Assembly: GCA_013239625.1 (NCBI GenBank)
Contig: MU056262.1
Location: 6,982,134 to 7,046,133, forward strand
Reading direction: 5' to 3'
DNA length: 64,000 nucleotides
Source: Lama guanicoe
Lineage: Eukaryota
The notes under the pieces were generated by a model. It was given only the letters and a program-made list of their open reading frames with translations. It was not told the origin of the DNA and made no database searches. The position numbers were made by a program, and so were the translations under genes. Below, in pieces: positions 24,961 through 37,760 of this stretch (position 1 is the first letter of the stretch; each line of letters begins with the position of its first letter).

Positions 24961-27904
24961 CATAGCATGCCTAAAAAAAATTGGGAATCCATTGAAAATA
25001 CTTCATCTCTCCCCAGAAGAAAGGTTTGACTCCAACTTATCAGATAGAGAAAAGACCATTTCTTAAATATCTGTATGCATTACGCGTTATCATATACATG
25101 CAGACAGGTGCAGTATGGGGTAAATACTGTATTCATCAAAGGAAATTGGGATTTAAAGCCACATTTCTAGACTCTTTGCTCTTCCCACCACAAAATATGA
25201 CCTTTCTACATTAAACAGAAAAATCACCAACAAAAGCCGTCTATGAAAAATATCTCTTTCCATCATCTCTCCAATCATCCCATGTATCCTAATGCCTTAG
25301 CTCAAATTTTCCTGCCCACTGCCTACAACGCAAAGTAACCAGCCCTCTTTGTTCTAACACCGCATCTAGATGTTGGGGTTTCTTATGGGCAATTTGAAGA
25401 TGGCAAATGATGATGAAATGTTCAGTCACACACTGAACTGCTCTCCTGGAGTGAAATATACCACACAGTGCTTAACTGTTTCCCTGCTGGTGTTCACTGA
25501 GGAAGCAATATCACCTCGGGTATAGAGCAGGCAACAGAAGGCAGGCTGCAAAGACTAAGGTTTCCTGCTGCCTCAGGGAGCAATGCGATCACTTTACCTT
25601 TTGATGGGTTATTTTGTGCATCCATTAACAGGGTCTGCATAAACCCCTTCAACCCAGAGCAATCAGCCAGCTGTTGTAGTTGAAAGAAAAGTGAATACAG
25701 TGTGGGCTTCTGGCTCACCTGGACTAGGACCAGCTGTCCCTTCAGAGGGCTGGGAATGAATGTTGGGGAAAGGGGAGGGAGACTCTGATATGTGCCCTGT
25801 TGACTCACAGAAATTCTGGCAAGGGACTATAATTGCAGCCACCCTGAATGCCACCAGCAGCCAAGAGGCCTTGAGCCTCTTAATTCTGACCTTCCTGGCC
25901 TTGCATCTGTTGCTCCAAATCTCCCATCTGTTCACCTGTGAGACCCTCAATCTGTTATTGTTCCCCAAAGGGTGACACTCGGTGGTCCCCTGGAAGCCCA
26001 GCAGACCGTTTTAGCAGAGATTCTGTATGCATGCATTTACTTGTGGTTTATTCACTTGTTCAACAGTTCACTTATTTACAGTGAGTGTGTTGTTCTTGTG
26101 GGGAAAGGGGCATCACCAGAGATGAAGCCCTCATTAGGGCTCTTAATGTTGGAGGCTACCTGTGAACAGTCAGACAACAACCACATGGCCAGGATATTTC
26201 AGTCATCTTAGGCCCTCTTAGAAATAGATTATCAGGTCAACATATGGAGGCAGACCCCTTCCCCAAGAGGTTGGTGAACCCAAGAAAAAATGAGGAACCA
26301 GGACCCCAGTATAGTATGGGCACTGTCCTTGGTGCTGGGGATGCATTGATGCATCCATCAATGTTCCTGTCCTCAAATATTTCACAGTCCAGCCCATACT
26401 GCTCTGTGAACAGTGTGTGCACAGAGATGTCTTCAGTGAGGAGAAAGAGACTAGACCTTTGAAGACACTCTTCATACATTGATGCATTTTGTCTTCCCAT
26501 ATCAAATCAACTTTGAATATGGAAGAAGAGCAAATGAGGGACCATAATACAAGGAGCAAAGGTGTGGGAGCCAGCAAAGACACAGCATGGAGGGATTAAC
26601 CCAGGGGCCAGTTACGGATGCATCTCCTCAGAGCAGTTGGTTATTTCCACAGACATGAAAATGACAAAGTAAAGGTGGGGGACACCAAGGGTGATGAAGT
26701 CTTGAAAAATCAGGTTGGGGGAGGAGGACATGGACACATCTTGAACACAAGGACACATCTTAAAATAGGAAAAAGGAAGCCAGATGAAGACTAATTGGAG
26801 AAAGAAAAAAACAGACCTCAGATAGGAATGAATTCCCTATCACTTGATAAGTACTCATCCTCATCCAAATCTGAATAAAGCAGAGAGGAAGTAAGACTTT
26901 TATTTGGGGCTAGATTGGCTTTGAAGTCTGAAGCCATAGAATGAGGGGCAACCATAGTTCCCATTCATGGTGGTTCATGATGCATGGTGATCCTAGGCTG
27001 TCTCAGTCCATTCCACCATCCAGGGGCTCCAGTGCAGGGTCTGGGGCAAGCATGTAAGGGCAAGTAACAAGATAAGTGATAGTACCATCATTTCAGACAA
27101 CTGGAAATAGGATCCCAGGCAGAAATTTGGCTTTGCTCTACAAGGTCAAGATTCATAGGGTATCAAGATATGTAGGATACAGGGTCTATAGCTAAGAGGC
27201 TAAGGTTTGGAAAGGTCTAAATAGGAACAGACTGCTAAGGAGGGAAACAGGCAGAAGGCCAGTGATGATCCTGGCTCTGAGGAGCAAGGGGAAAGACAAG
27301 GATTTGATGCCCAGCATTCTTCCAAGGCCTCAGAGGGCTGGGGCCCATGGCAGTAACATGCCAGTGCAGATGACACATTGGGACCATGGGTCTAGTCAGC
27401 GTTATCTCAAGAGAAGAGCAGAACTGAGGCTTCAGATCAGTATCATCTGTGGTGGTTGCTTAAGGAACTCAACAAGGGCATGGTGGGAAGAAGACCAACA
27501 TAAGAGACTGCAGTCATAATTTCCTGATGTCTCAACATTGAAATAAATGGAAGTCTTGAAGTGGGCAGCAAAGATGACTGTGGGAGAAAGAGCAAATAGA
27601 GGCTTTGAAGTCGGTCAGACCTCGGTTTGATTTCCACTTCTTATGATGATGATAGTGGTGGTTACGGTGGTGGTGGTGGTGATGTTTTTATCACTGATTA
27701 TTGTCGGGGTTCAGTGAGATCATGAATAACAGATCCTTTGAGCGTGGTAAGCAGTCAACACATGTCAGCTGCTACTGTTAAGATGACCAGGAATCTTCCC
27801 TGTACCGACCACATTCCTGCCTCTTCACAAAGAGCTGTTGTCCAGCACTTCAGTTCCAAGCCCCAGCTTCCTTCAGAGTCACCACCACCACCATCATAAT
27901 GGCA

Positions 27905-28100
27905 ACAAAGAGGACAGTAGCCAACACTTAAATGGAGTGCTGATTATACATCAATCATTCTAAGTGCTCTTAAAACGTATTAGCTCATTATATTCTCAGA
28001 AGCAGTCATGTGAGGCAGGTGCTAGTGTTATCTCTATTTTACAGGTTTGGAAGTCCAAGGAATGTGGAGGTTCACTGATGTGTCCCAGGTCACAAATTTA
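27905..28100 (-). mobile_element. MIR fragment
   Basis: tgtgaggcaggtgctagtgttatctctattttacagg...tgtcccaggtcaca. Confidence 0.75.
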
Positions 28101-30869
28101 GCTCCTCCCCATTTCTGCGGCTTTGTCTGAGAAGGTGTTGTCCTCCAGGCTGTCGCTGTTTGAGGCCCCAAACAGGCCCTTTGTGTGGCCCCAGCAAGCT
28201 GCAGGATCCAGCCTGAGGCTCTGCTTCCAGTGTGGGGTGGGAGGGCACTGGTTGGGAAGGCTGCATAAATCTCAACCTTATAACCTGCCGGAGCCTCCAT
28301 GCCAAAGCCATAACTCCACATCCATCAGGCTGAGGCCTGTGAGTGTTATTAGAGAAAGCACTGGGGATAATTCCTTCCAGGAAAGGGCTCTTTGCTCTGT
28401 GATTCATTAAGACTCCCCTCTCAGAGCTGCCTCTTGCTGAGGTGCCAGCGGCTCATTTTCGCAGCCAGTGAGAGAACATTTCTTTGTCCTCCAACCATAG
28501 GGGTTCCAGTGAAGACTTTTGATTTCCATTTTCCCCTCTAAGAGGAAGGCTCCAAAGCAAAATTCTCATTAAATATTTATTGCCTTCTCCCCACCCCTTT
28601 CTCAGTATGTTAGACCCCAACAAATCTCCTTAATCACAGGGCAATCAAACCCTAAAGAGCTGGAAGTGCTGACTGAGAAGGAAGGGTACCAGACATACAG
28701 AGAATGAGGGCAGAAGAAGAGGTTTCCCATAGAGTGGGAGGGAATCACACAGTGGCCTGGTGACTACAAATGTGGCTTGGAATTGAGCAGATGGCAAATT
28801 TGGGTGCATAGAACACACCTGCCCTTCAGTGGCAGTAGCTCATCAACACTGTTAATGCTTACTCTCCTCTCTCTTTGTCCTCTCAATTGTTCCCCACAAG
28901 TCAGTTGCAGATTTTATTCTCTGGTTATGCTTGATCACATCTCTCATGGGGTTATCCAGGTTTCAGTTCTTGACTGTCCCAGGCAGTCCGACCAGTGTCT
29001 CTCCCATGTCGGGTGCTGGAAACTCAATGACCCATGCACATCTGATTATGGTGGAAACAATATCACCAGCCTACAGGGATGTTCTGAAGGCTGCTCCATC
29101 CTGGATGGAATGGGTGTGCCCATCTCTCTACCTGGGATGTCTTAGCTCCGGATCTTTGAGATCTGCACTTTATTTTAGCCTTTTTGGTTGTGATGGTCTG
29201 TGTAAAATCTCGATCTTTGAATTATTTGATTCTAGCTTTCAGATCAAACCTAAGATCTGGATCCTCTTGATTCCCACAATTGCAGGGGACAGGCTTCTGC
29301 CAGTACAATTAGAGTCCTCCAATATGGCTGTATCGAGAGAGAAATGAGAAGTGAGCCCAGTTTGGAAGAAGACTGAGTTTCACTGAAGGGGCTAGAGGCC
29401 TGAGGCATGTCCCCAAGATGGAAGGGGCAGGGAAGCCCACCTCCCTTGATTGAGACCTTCAGTATCTCTTACTCTACATCAGTCCTGGGCCCCCGTGTCT
29501 CATCTCTAATTTGAGCCTAAGCAGTGAATGGTTGTCACCTATTGCCGACAACTTCTACTCGCCAGCCTCTCAGGACTCATTGCCCAGCTACTCTGGAATT
29601 CAACTGATGAAACTGATACTTTGAGTTTTATGTTTTAGTTTGGGGTAGTAGGATTTAGTGTTCTTTCTAGCTCTGAAAATCAACTATTTTAACCTTAACA
29701 AAAGCCTATCAAGAATCTTCATGGTAGATGGAGAAGTGGAAACTCAGAGAGGCAAATGTTTTTCATCACTGAAGTCAACGCAAACCTGGAAATGGACTCA
29801 AGCCTTCTGCAGCCCAGCCAAGGCTTGTAGAAATTATTCTATTTTGTGTTTCTCTTCCACTCCCTGTGTTTTGGTCTCCTCTCAACACTTTTGGAAAGAA
29901 TGTCTAGAAGAAACAGTTTAAAGTTGTGAAAACTATCATCATTGCAACCGCCTTGGTGAGATGGGGAAGGAGGGGGCTCAGAGAAAGAAGAGGCCTAGAC
30001 ACCAATCTCTCAGTTGTCCTGGGCTCAGGGCATTTAGGAATTGAGCCCCAGTAATTTAGGAATTTGTTCCCTGGAAAAGCATCACTAGGCAAAGCTACTT
30101 TAATGTTAAATAAAGAAAATTTGCTTGTCAAATTCTTACCTAGTGAATTCTCTCATTCTGTGTATGTGTTTTTTAAACCAATCTCAACCATAACTAGGCA
30201 GATGAAGGGTGCATAGTAATAGAATTTGAGATATACCGCTAACATTTGCATTCTTGGAATTTGAAGCAGCAGCAACAGGAACAGCAGCAGAGAATATCCC
30301 TAAAGGGGCCTCTTGATTATGGGTAGCGCTGGCTGGGAGGCCGTACTGTATTCCATTCTGGTGCATCACAACAGACTAGTTGTGTAAGCTGACAAATGTC
30401 TGCCCCAAAGGGTTGGGTAATGAGAATCTTGGTTGGCTGATGGAGCTAGCCCATTCCAAATGTGCTCACACAGGCTTGCGAATAAAAGATGGAACAGTGT
30501 TATAATCTTTAACAGCTAAATCTTTCTTAAAAAGGTTGTAATAAGAGGTGATAATACTCTTAAACCAATAACCCAAGAAAAAATGACAGTAAATGGTGTA
30601 ACTGCATCTTCAAAGGAGCCAGTGGAGTTTCTCTCTTTACCAAGACTGTGAGACAAAAAGACAGAATCACCCGCGATCTACCACATACTCACTCACCCTT
30701 GAGAAGCTCACTTTTTATTTTAGAACACTTTTCCAGCTCTGAGTAATGTGGAGGCTTTATTAATAGTGTTCTCTCAGCCCTCAGATAGAATTAACTCTAA
30801 AATTCTATCAGTTTGTGAGCATGTAGGCTGCCCCTTGATGATAAGCCCTCTATCCTTGGAGCATCTTCC

Positions 30870-31520
30870 AATAAGTCATTATGAGTTATACAAGTGGTGA
30901 AGTTTTCCAGATTATGCTGGAAATTAAAGCTCCTACAGTCAGTGCTAGGTCATGGCACCAGAAACCAGAAATTTTCTGACTTGAACCATGTGCTGGAAGC
31001 TATTTCAGAAGAGCCCCATTTAATGGTATCCCTGACGTAGACCTGGGGTTCCCCAGGGACAGACTCCATTCATGTTCTGAACTGGGCAGCATGGCCAGTC
31101 TGATCCAAACACTGGGTCTAAGAAAATCAAAAACAAGAATCCAGCATCTCCCACCCGTAAGTAAGCCCTCCTTAAGATATGTAGGTTTCTGCTCTAAATG
31201 CCATAGGAGGGCATAAGTACATGGGATCCAGAGCTGCCATCTGGGAAAAAAGGCTTCTTTCTCTCAATAGTTAAACAAGCACTCTGTGCATGAATCTCAT
31301 TGTTCTGAACTGGGCAGCATGGCCAGTCTGATCCAAACACTGGGTCTAAGAAAATCAAAAACAAGAATAGCCTTTTGCCAATTTGGGTGAGCCCTGGAGG
31401 AGGTGTCAACTCCATTCAAGCCAAGGGTTTGAGTGTGGGGAATGATTATTTCTCATAGGAAATTTTCTGTACTCTTTTACTAGAAGAATGTTGAATTATA
31501 GACAGCAAAAAACAACAAAG
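30870..31520. mobile_element. Probable old MaLR/MLT1-type LTR remnant hosting a 68-bp duplication
   Basis: ggtcatggcaccagaaaccagaa...gctggaagct and aatgttgaattatagacagcaaaaaacaacaaa resemble old MLT1 LTRs; subfamily uncertain. Confidence 0.4.
31073..31368 (+). repeat. Perfect 68-bp direct repeat (31073-31140 = 31301-31368)
   Basis: tgttctgaactgggcagcatggccagtctgatccaaacactgggtctaagaaaatcaaaaacaagaat occurs twice, 160 bp apart. Confidence 0.97.
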
Positions 31521-31854
31521 CTTTAACCACAGATATTCCCAAGAATTTAGCATCTCCTTATAAAATAAGCAAATACACAAACACAAAACTAAAACCAAAC
31601 ACAAAGATTACACAGGGCAAAGATTCAAGGACTCCATGAAACTTGTCCATGGATCTCAGTTACTGTTTTATTAATTGTTCTAAAATGGTGCTTATAATGG
31701 TGCGAACTCACCTGGCTGGAAGATGCAAATTCTAGTGCTGTGTTTGGGGTAAGTCAGGTAGGGAGCTCCTCATACAATCCCCTTTAACAAAAGTGCTTTC
31801 CAGTCAAGGTTTCATGTGTTCCGCAACCAGTTCCTTACGTTCTGGCAGGCACAG

Positions 31855-32400
31855 GAATAGCTACAGCCCTTTTGGAATGCAGTTTTGCAGAAAGTATCTG
31901 GGGTGTTAAACTGCCAATGCCTTTTGACCCAGAAATTCCACTTCTGGGAATCTAGCCTAAGGAAATCACCAGAAATACAAAACAGCCTTATGCACAAATA
32001 TGTTAATTTTCTCATTTGCATACAAAAAATGAAAGTGTGAATGCTCATCCATGGTCAATGGTTAGGTAAATTGTGAAACATATATTTGCTGAGTTGTTAC
32101 ACAATTATCAAGTGCAGTGCTTTTAGAGTTTGATGTACACAGGAAATAATAATGTTCCAATGTCGAAAGATAAAATTAAGATATGAAGTTAAATAAGCAA
32201 TACATGCAATACTGTACTTGTGCAGCATTGTGCTATAGAGTGATTTGCAATGATGTATTATGATATTTAAGAAAAGGAATGGAATTGAGCTATTCTTGAG
32301 CTCAGGTAATGAGTGCATGCTTCTCTTCTATCTCTATTTGCTCATTCTTTTATGAGCATAATTTACTTTATAATGAAAAAAATAATTTTTAAAAAGTAAC
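31855..32400 (+). mobile_element. L1ME-type 3' end
   Basis: ccttttgacccagaaattccacttctgggaatctagcctaaggaaat...atttactttataatgaaaaaaataa. Confidence 0.8.
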
Positions 32401-32504
32401 AAGTGATAAATGAGTGCATAAATTAATATATAAATTAAGGTTTATGGATCAAGGAGGTGGCATGCGTGGTTGCAGGGAGGCACGTAAATGAGCTTATTGG
32501 GACC

Positions 32505-32680
32505 ATTGATGGAATCTGAATATGGACTGTAGATTAGATAATAGTATTGTAGCAATGTTGGATGTGATGGTTCTTAGGAAATACACATAAAATATGTAGG
32601 GATAAAGAAGCACGTTGTCTCCAGCTGACTGAGAGAGAGAGTACAATTGGAACCATATATGGTAAAGGAAATTCTTCATT
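32505..32680 (+). mobile_element. L1MC/ME 3'UTR fragment
   Basis: ggaatctgaatatggactgtagattagataatagtattgtagcaatgtt. Confidence 0.7.
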
Positions 32681-33120
32681 GAGTTGTTCTTCATTGAGTG
32701 AAGACCAAGATATATCACCCTTGGTAGGTCCCAACACTAATTGTGCGTAAAATAAATGAGTTAAATGCTCATTTCTGATACTAGCTAAGGACCGGGTTGA
32801 GGCAGCCATTGTAGAGTTTAATGAAATCAGGGAGGATTTGCAATTTGTGTCTCAGATGGAGGGGCTTTGCCTGTTGAAGGGCCAGATCTCAGAATGGCTC
32901 TTGTGGAGATGCTGCCTTTGCAGACATTCCTCTAGGTTCAGAACAGAATATGAGAGCTAAGCAGGGACTTGGAGGACATTTTGCTCAGCAAGTTGCATCT
33001 ACTTGCTGTGGGTTCATCACACGTGCTTTTCTTTATAAAGCACCTAACCTCAGCAAGTTAGCATTCGGGATAACCCCTATGTATCCAGAAACCTGAACAT
33101 CATCACTGACGTTTTCCTCC

Positions 33121-33213
33121 ACGGTGACCAGCCATCCCAGGTTCCTGGGACGGAGGGCTTTCCCAGGACGCAGGACTCTCACTGCTAAAGCTGGGACTGT
33201 TGGTTGGCTGCCC
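33121..33213. mobile_element. MER94/MER81-type hAT-Blackjack MITE
   Basis: ggtgaccagccatcccaggttcctgggacggagggctttcccaggacgcaggactctcactgctaaagctgggac...gccct. Confidence 0.75.
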
Positions 33214-33249
33214 TCCCTGTCAAATATGTCATCTAGTGCTTACAACTTT

Positions 33250-34160
33250 ATGTTGCATTTCCCATCTGCCCTACCATCATCTTAGTCCCTTACTTCTCTT
33301 CTGCTCTACTTAACAGACTAGTCTCCGCACACCCTGTAATCTGTGCTCACAGCTTCACCACACTTGGTTTTGGAAAGCTTTTCTGATCAGGTCAAACCTC
33401 TGCTTCAAACCCTGGAAGACTTCACACTACTTGTGGGAAAAAGACACACATCCGTTGCATGAGGTTCCATGTCCCATGCCCCTGCCTGCTCTAGATCTCT
33501 CCCACCATCCTCTCCCCAGACATTCCATACAGCCACCCTGTGATGATTAATGTTATATGTCAGCTTGGATAGACCACAGTGTTTGGTCAACATCAGTCTC
33601 AATGTTGCTGTGAAGGTATTTTTAGAAGAGATTAACATTTACATCTGTAGACCTTTGAGTAAAGCAGATTGCCCTGCATGATGTGGGTGGGCCTTATCCG
33701 ATTGGCTGAAGGTTTAAGAGAAATGACTGAGGTCCCCCGAGAAAGTAGAAATTCTGCTTCTGACCTACCTTTGACCTCAAGCTGCAATGTCAGCTCTTCC
33801 CTGGGACTCCAGCCTGGCAGCCTGCCCTACAGATTTCAGAATTTCCAGCCCTCTACAATCTCGTGAGTTAGTTCCTTAAACTGTCTTTTTCTCACATGTC
33901 CTGTTGTTTGTTTCTCTGAAGAACCCTAATACATGCTCATACTCCAGGAAGAGTTTTTTCCATTAAAAAAATGTATTTATGATCTCTGACTATTTCAAAC
34001 CTCCATATTGCACTTTGTTAAAATAATTTTCCCTCCCAGGCAAAGCAATAGTGCAGACATTTATATAATTATTGACAGATGCCTATTTGCACCACTAGAA
34101 GATATTTTTGCCTTACCATAGTAGATGCTCATTAAATATTTACCTTATGAATGAATGAAT
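33250..34160 (+). mobile_element. L2 3' region interrupted by an MLT2 LTR
   Basis: L2-like body before 33539 and L2 end (catagtagatgctcattaaatatt...atgaatgaatgaat) after 33933. Confidence 0.55.
33539..33933 (+). mobile_element. MLT2-type (ERVL) solo LTR
   Basis: TG...CA termini: tgtgatgattaatgttatatgtcagcttgg...gagtaaagcagattgccct...tttctctgaagaaccctaataca. Confidence 0.9.
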
Positions 34161-34644
34161 CCTGTATGAGTTGTGTTGTGTGTCTTGGGGGAATAAGCAC
34201 TGAGAAACATTAATCTATTCCATGCCTTTTATTTTATGGAGGGGGAAACTGAGGTCCATAAACTCAAGAGTGTGCTGAGACTATATCAGTTGGTTTTGCA
34301 ATTACATGCAATTATTACATTTGTTTTGTGAATTATTTTGAAAAATACACAGTGCCTTGGATAATCAGTAGTTGTCAGTCCTAACTGCTAAGCAATGTGA
34401 AAAATGTAATTATCCAACCACATCCAGAATCACTGTCTTATCTGCATTCTCTTCCAGTTAAAAAAAACCAAAAACTAAGAGTGTGGTCTACAAAGGAAAA
34501 GAGAAAAGAAAGAAGCCTGATTAGCAATTTTTTTCTAGACTATATCTTTGGAATACATATGAGCTTGAAAATCTATGTGATTGTTCCTTTGCTTGTATTT
34601 GAAAAATGAATGCAGAAGTCTATTGCTTGCTTACCCATAGTATG

Positions 34645-35470
34645 TACTCATTCATTCTGACAGGCATTAAAACCAGTGATTACAGGATGCCTACTATGTG
34701 TCAGGTGCCTTACCTAGCACCTAGTGGGAAAGGGCAGAAATGAACCAAGAAGTTACCACCGTCAAGTTACTTATAATCCCTTGAGAGTGGTAATATGTGT
34801 GTGTGCAAGCACGTTCCGTTTAGGATTCCAAGCTGTGTAGAGAAGAGGGAGTTTATGTCCTGTGGGGTGATTTAGAAAGGCAGGTGCAGGAGAAGGGTGT
34901 GGAATGGGACTTTGAAAGATGAGTGGAGTTTTGAAAGGCAGATAATGCTGAAATGCTGAGGAAAAAACAGAAACAATAAGGGTAACAAAAACACTGGATT
35001 TTATCAAGTTTTGTTTTATGGCCTGGTGTATAGGGGAATCCTTTCCTTTCCTTGTTCATTCCATTTCTCAGTTCATTCATTGGTTCATTCATACAACATG
35101 TATCTATCTAGTGCTCCCTCTGTCCTGGTCACTCAGTTAGGTCCTGACCACAGACAGAGGAAACCATAGTTTTTATGGTCCCTGCTTCTGGAAGTTTCCA
35201 GTCTAGTGAGCAAGATGGACTTCATTCATTATTTTACTCCCCAGGTCATACCATTACAGGCAGAGGTAAAGGCTGTGAAATTAGGAAACCATCTCTTTGA
35301 GGACAAATGAGAAAAGAACTTGACTTGGTGGCCTCCATCAGGGAAGAGATCCTGAGACAGGTTCTCCAGCAGGGTGAGGGGTTAATTAAGTTGGGGAATG
35401 ATGGGTGACAATGGGGAATAATGATCAAACCAGAAGAAAGAGCATGTGCAAAGGCCCTGTGAAGAAAAGA
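34645..35470 (-). mobile_element. Two antisense L2 3' fragments
   Basis: ctcattcattc...gcctactatgtgtcaggtgc and ttcattcattggttcattcatacaac...gcatgtgcaaaggccctgtg. Confidence 0.7.
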
Positions 35471-35575
35471 TGTGGGCAAACAATGGCCACTGCTTACCTC
35501 ATTTATCTTAGGGATTTTAAAAGTTTCTGTCTGTGGCGTTAGTGTTGCCAAAACTGGATGTCTTTTTCCACATAG

Positions 35576-35766
35576 CAGTGGGTTCCCAAAATGGCTAAGG
35601 ATTAGAGTCACAGGAAGGATTGTGTGTGTCCTTTCTGAAGCTACCAACCTGTGACTCTTCTCCCAGTGATTCTGATTTAATTGGCCTGAAGTGTGGCCTG
35701 GGTATGACTATATTTAAAAAGCTCCCCAGGAGCTCCCAGTAAAGAGCTGGACTTCAGAACCACCAG
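35576..35766. mobile_element. MER5-type hAT-Charlie element
   Basis: cagtgggttcccaaa...gattctgatttaattggcctgaagtgtggcctggg...agaaccacca. Confidence 0.8.
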
Positions 35767-36309
35767 CTTCTAGGTAATCAGATCACCTAGTTCTTTAATA
35801 GTTCAGCTGCTCAGGATCAGGGGGAAGCCCTTGAAAAGGTACGGGCTGCCAACGGTCTGTCTTGTTAAAACTTGCCAGTTGGATCCTGTTTTGTACTTTC
35901 TGACTCTTTGCTCACCAGGAGGACTTTGTTATTATTCTGAAGTTAAATCTGTAGAAGTTGGCTATCAACAAATAAGCACTCATGATAGGATTCACCTTGC
36001 TGATCTCCCTAGGAAGAGTGAGTCACTTCCTTTCATGTTTCCCACAGTGCTTAGGGTGTCACTCTTGGCATTTCTGCCTTTTAATTGCTCTCTCTCTCTG
36101 AGTCTATCCCTGCTTTTACGCAGGAACTGTTGGCCCTTTAGCAGTTAGAGTCCTTCTTGTCCTTCTTGGTCTCCCTCATATCTCTTTCTAGGGCCTAGCA
36201 CCGATTTCAGCACTTAGTTGATATTTAATAACTAGGATTTTTTACTGTCTGAGAATTGCTGTTTTTTTTAACACCTAGAGCACATGTTCAATGCAAGCCA
36301 TTGGTAGAC

Positions 36310-36540
36310 TGGGAGGTGCAGAGTTAGACACAGACAGCTGGCTCCATAGTTTGACTCTACCCCTTCCTAGCTAGGGGACTTTATCACTGCTTATCTGCTT
36401 GGAGCCTCAGTCTCCTCATCTGTGAAATGGGGACAATCAAATTTAACTTTAGGAGAAACTGGGGGATTTTTAAAAAGGCTAAGTATGTAAAACACTCTGT
36501 ATAGGCCTGGAAGTTAGTAGGTCCTAGCAAATGGATAGGA
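36310..36540 (+). mobile_element. MIR
   Basis: ggagcctcagtctcctcatctgtgaaatggggacaat core. Confidence 0.85.
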
Positions 36541-36748
36541 AGAACTGATAATAAAAATAGCCATTCCTAAATCCAGGAGGAGTCACACTGATCTAAGTTG
36601 TGAATTCCTCCAATTCTAGCCTGGATCTTCCTCCAGGAAACCCAGGCTCTCCAACTCTGAGTTCAGCCTCCCTCCTTCATACACTCTGTGCTTCTATTTA
36701 TTCATCAGTCTGCCTTCCTGCCCAGACTGTAAACACTGGAGCACAGTG

Positions 36749-37245
36749 TTAATTTCATAAAAAATTATCCCTGGTCTCATAGATGGAGCCAGAAATAGTC
36801 ATCTTTTACATGTCTTCTGTGGCTCTGAATCATAGTATCAGGAGGTCAGGCGTATTGTTTCCCACTGGATCCCCAGCTCCAGTGTAGGGCCTAGTCCATC
36901 CTAAATACTCGGTCGTAAACTTGCCTTATCTGTGAAATGGAGGCATTACCACCTGCCTGTTTGATGGAAAAGGGCTATGCTGATGCCCACCTGAAATTCT
37001 TCCACCCCTGAGATGAATGGTTATCCATGAGTCATCTGACCTCCTGAATCTGTCTCCCACGTGGACAGTGTGGAGTTGGGTTGGATCATCTCCGTGGATC
37101 CCCCATCCAGCCTCTGAATCAAGGTGATTCAAGACCTATTCTTGCCATACCTGATGCCACGAATCAGGGCCACAGAAGAGATGTAAAACATGAATTACTT
37201 CTGGCTCCATCTACTGGACCAGGCATTTTTTTTCTGTGAAATTAA
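36749..37245. repeat. Diverged ~95-bp inverted repeat (36749-36842 vs 37150-37245), 307-bp spacer
   Basis: tagatggagccagaa pairs with ttctggctccatcta, and tcttctgtggc with gccacagaaga; the arms align end to end at roughly 80% by eye. Confidence 0.92.
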
Positions 37246-37261
37246 GTTGAGCTCATCACTT

Positions 37262-37760
37262 TATTCATTTAGACATTCATATATTCATTCATGCAGTGTT
37301 TATTGAGAATTTGCAATGTAATGTTCATTTTACTACATCTTGTAAATACAAAGAGGGATGCAGCATGGTCCTGCTCTCCAAAAGCCAGCAGGCCATGGAA
37401 GAAGACAAAAACATGAACCTGCAATTTCAACATAATATGGGGTGTGTTCTGATACAGATATTCCCGAGGGACAGGAGAGGAACTAAGTTATTCTCATTTG
37501 AATAAGGGGGTGTTATGGATGATGGAATATGGAGGACTTACCAGATAAGGTGCCATATTGAACCAGTCTTGGAGAATGAATAGACATTCTCAAATAGAAA
37601 AAGGAAGGAGAAAGAGAGTGATGGAAGGAAACATATCCAATACCCCAGAGCTAAGAAATGCACGATGTATTCTGGCACCTACAAGTACAGTTCTTTGTGG
37701 CTGACAAATAGGATGCAGGTACTGGGGGAGCAAGAGCTACAGGGAGAGAGTTAGTCAGCG
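37262..37760 (-). mobile_element. L2 3' fragment
   Basis: attcattcatgcagtgtttattgagaattt followed by an antisense L2 body. Confidence 0.7.

Noticed and set aside
26590-27520. Possible old LTR/Gypsy-like remnants
   Set aside because: The resemblance is too weak to assign a family or boundaries without an HMM search.
28777-29347. Overlapping 122-aa and 138-aa ORFs
   Set aside because: No recognisable protein similarity or exon structure.
31073-31368. CRISPR-like repeat-spacer-repeat
   Set aside because: Mammalian DNA, only two copies, wrong unit sizes and no cas genes.
32672-32699. 13-bp tandem duplication ttcttcattgagt
   Set aside because: An ordinary slippage event at the end of an old L1 fragment.
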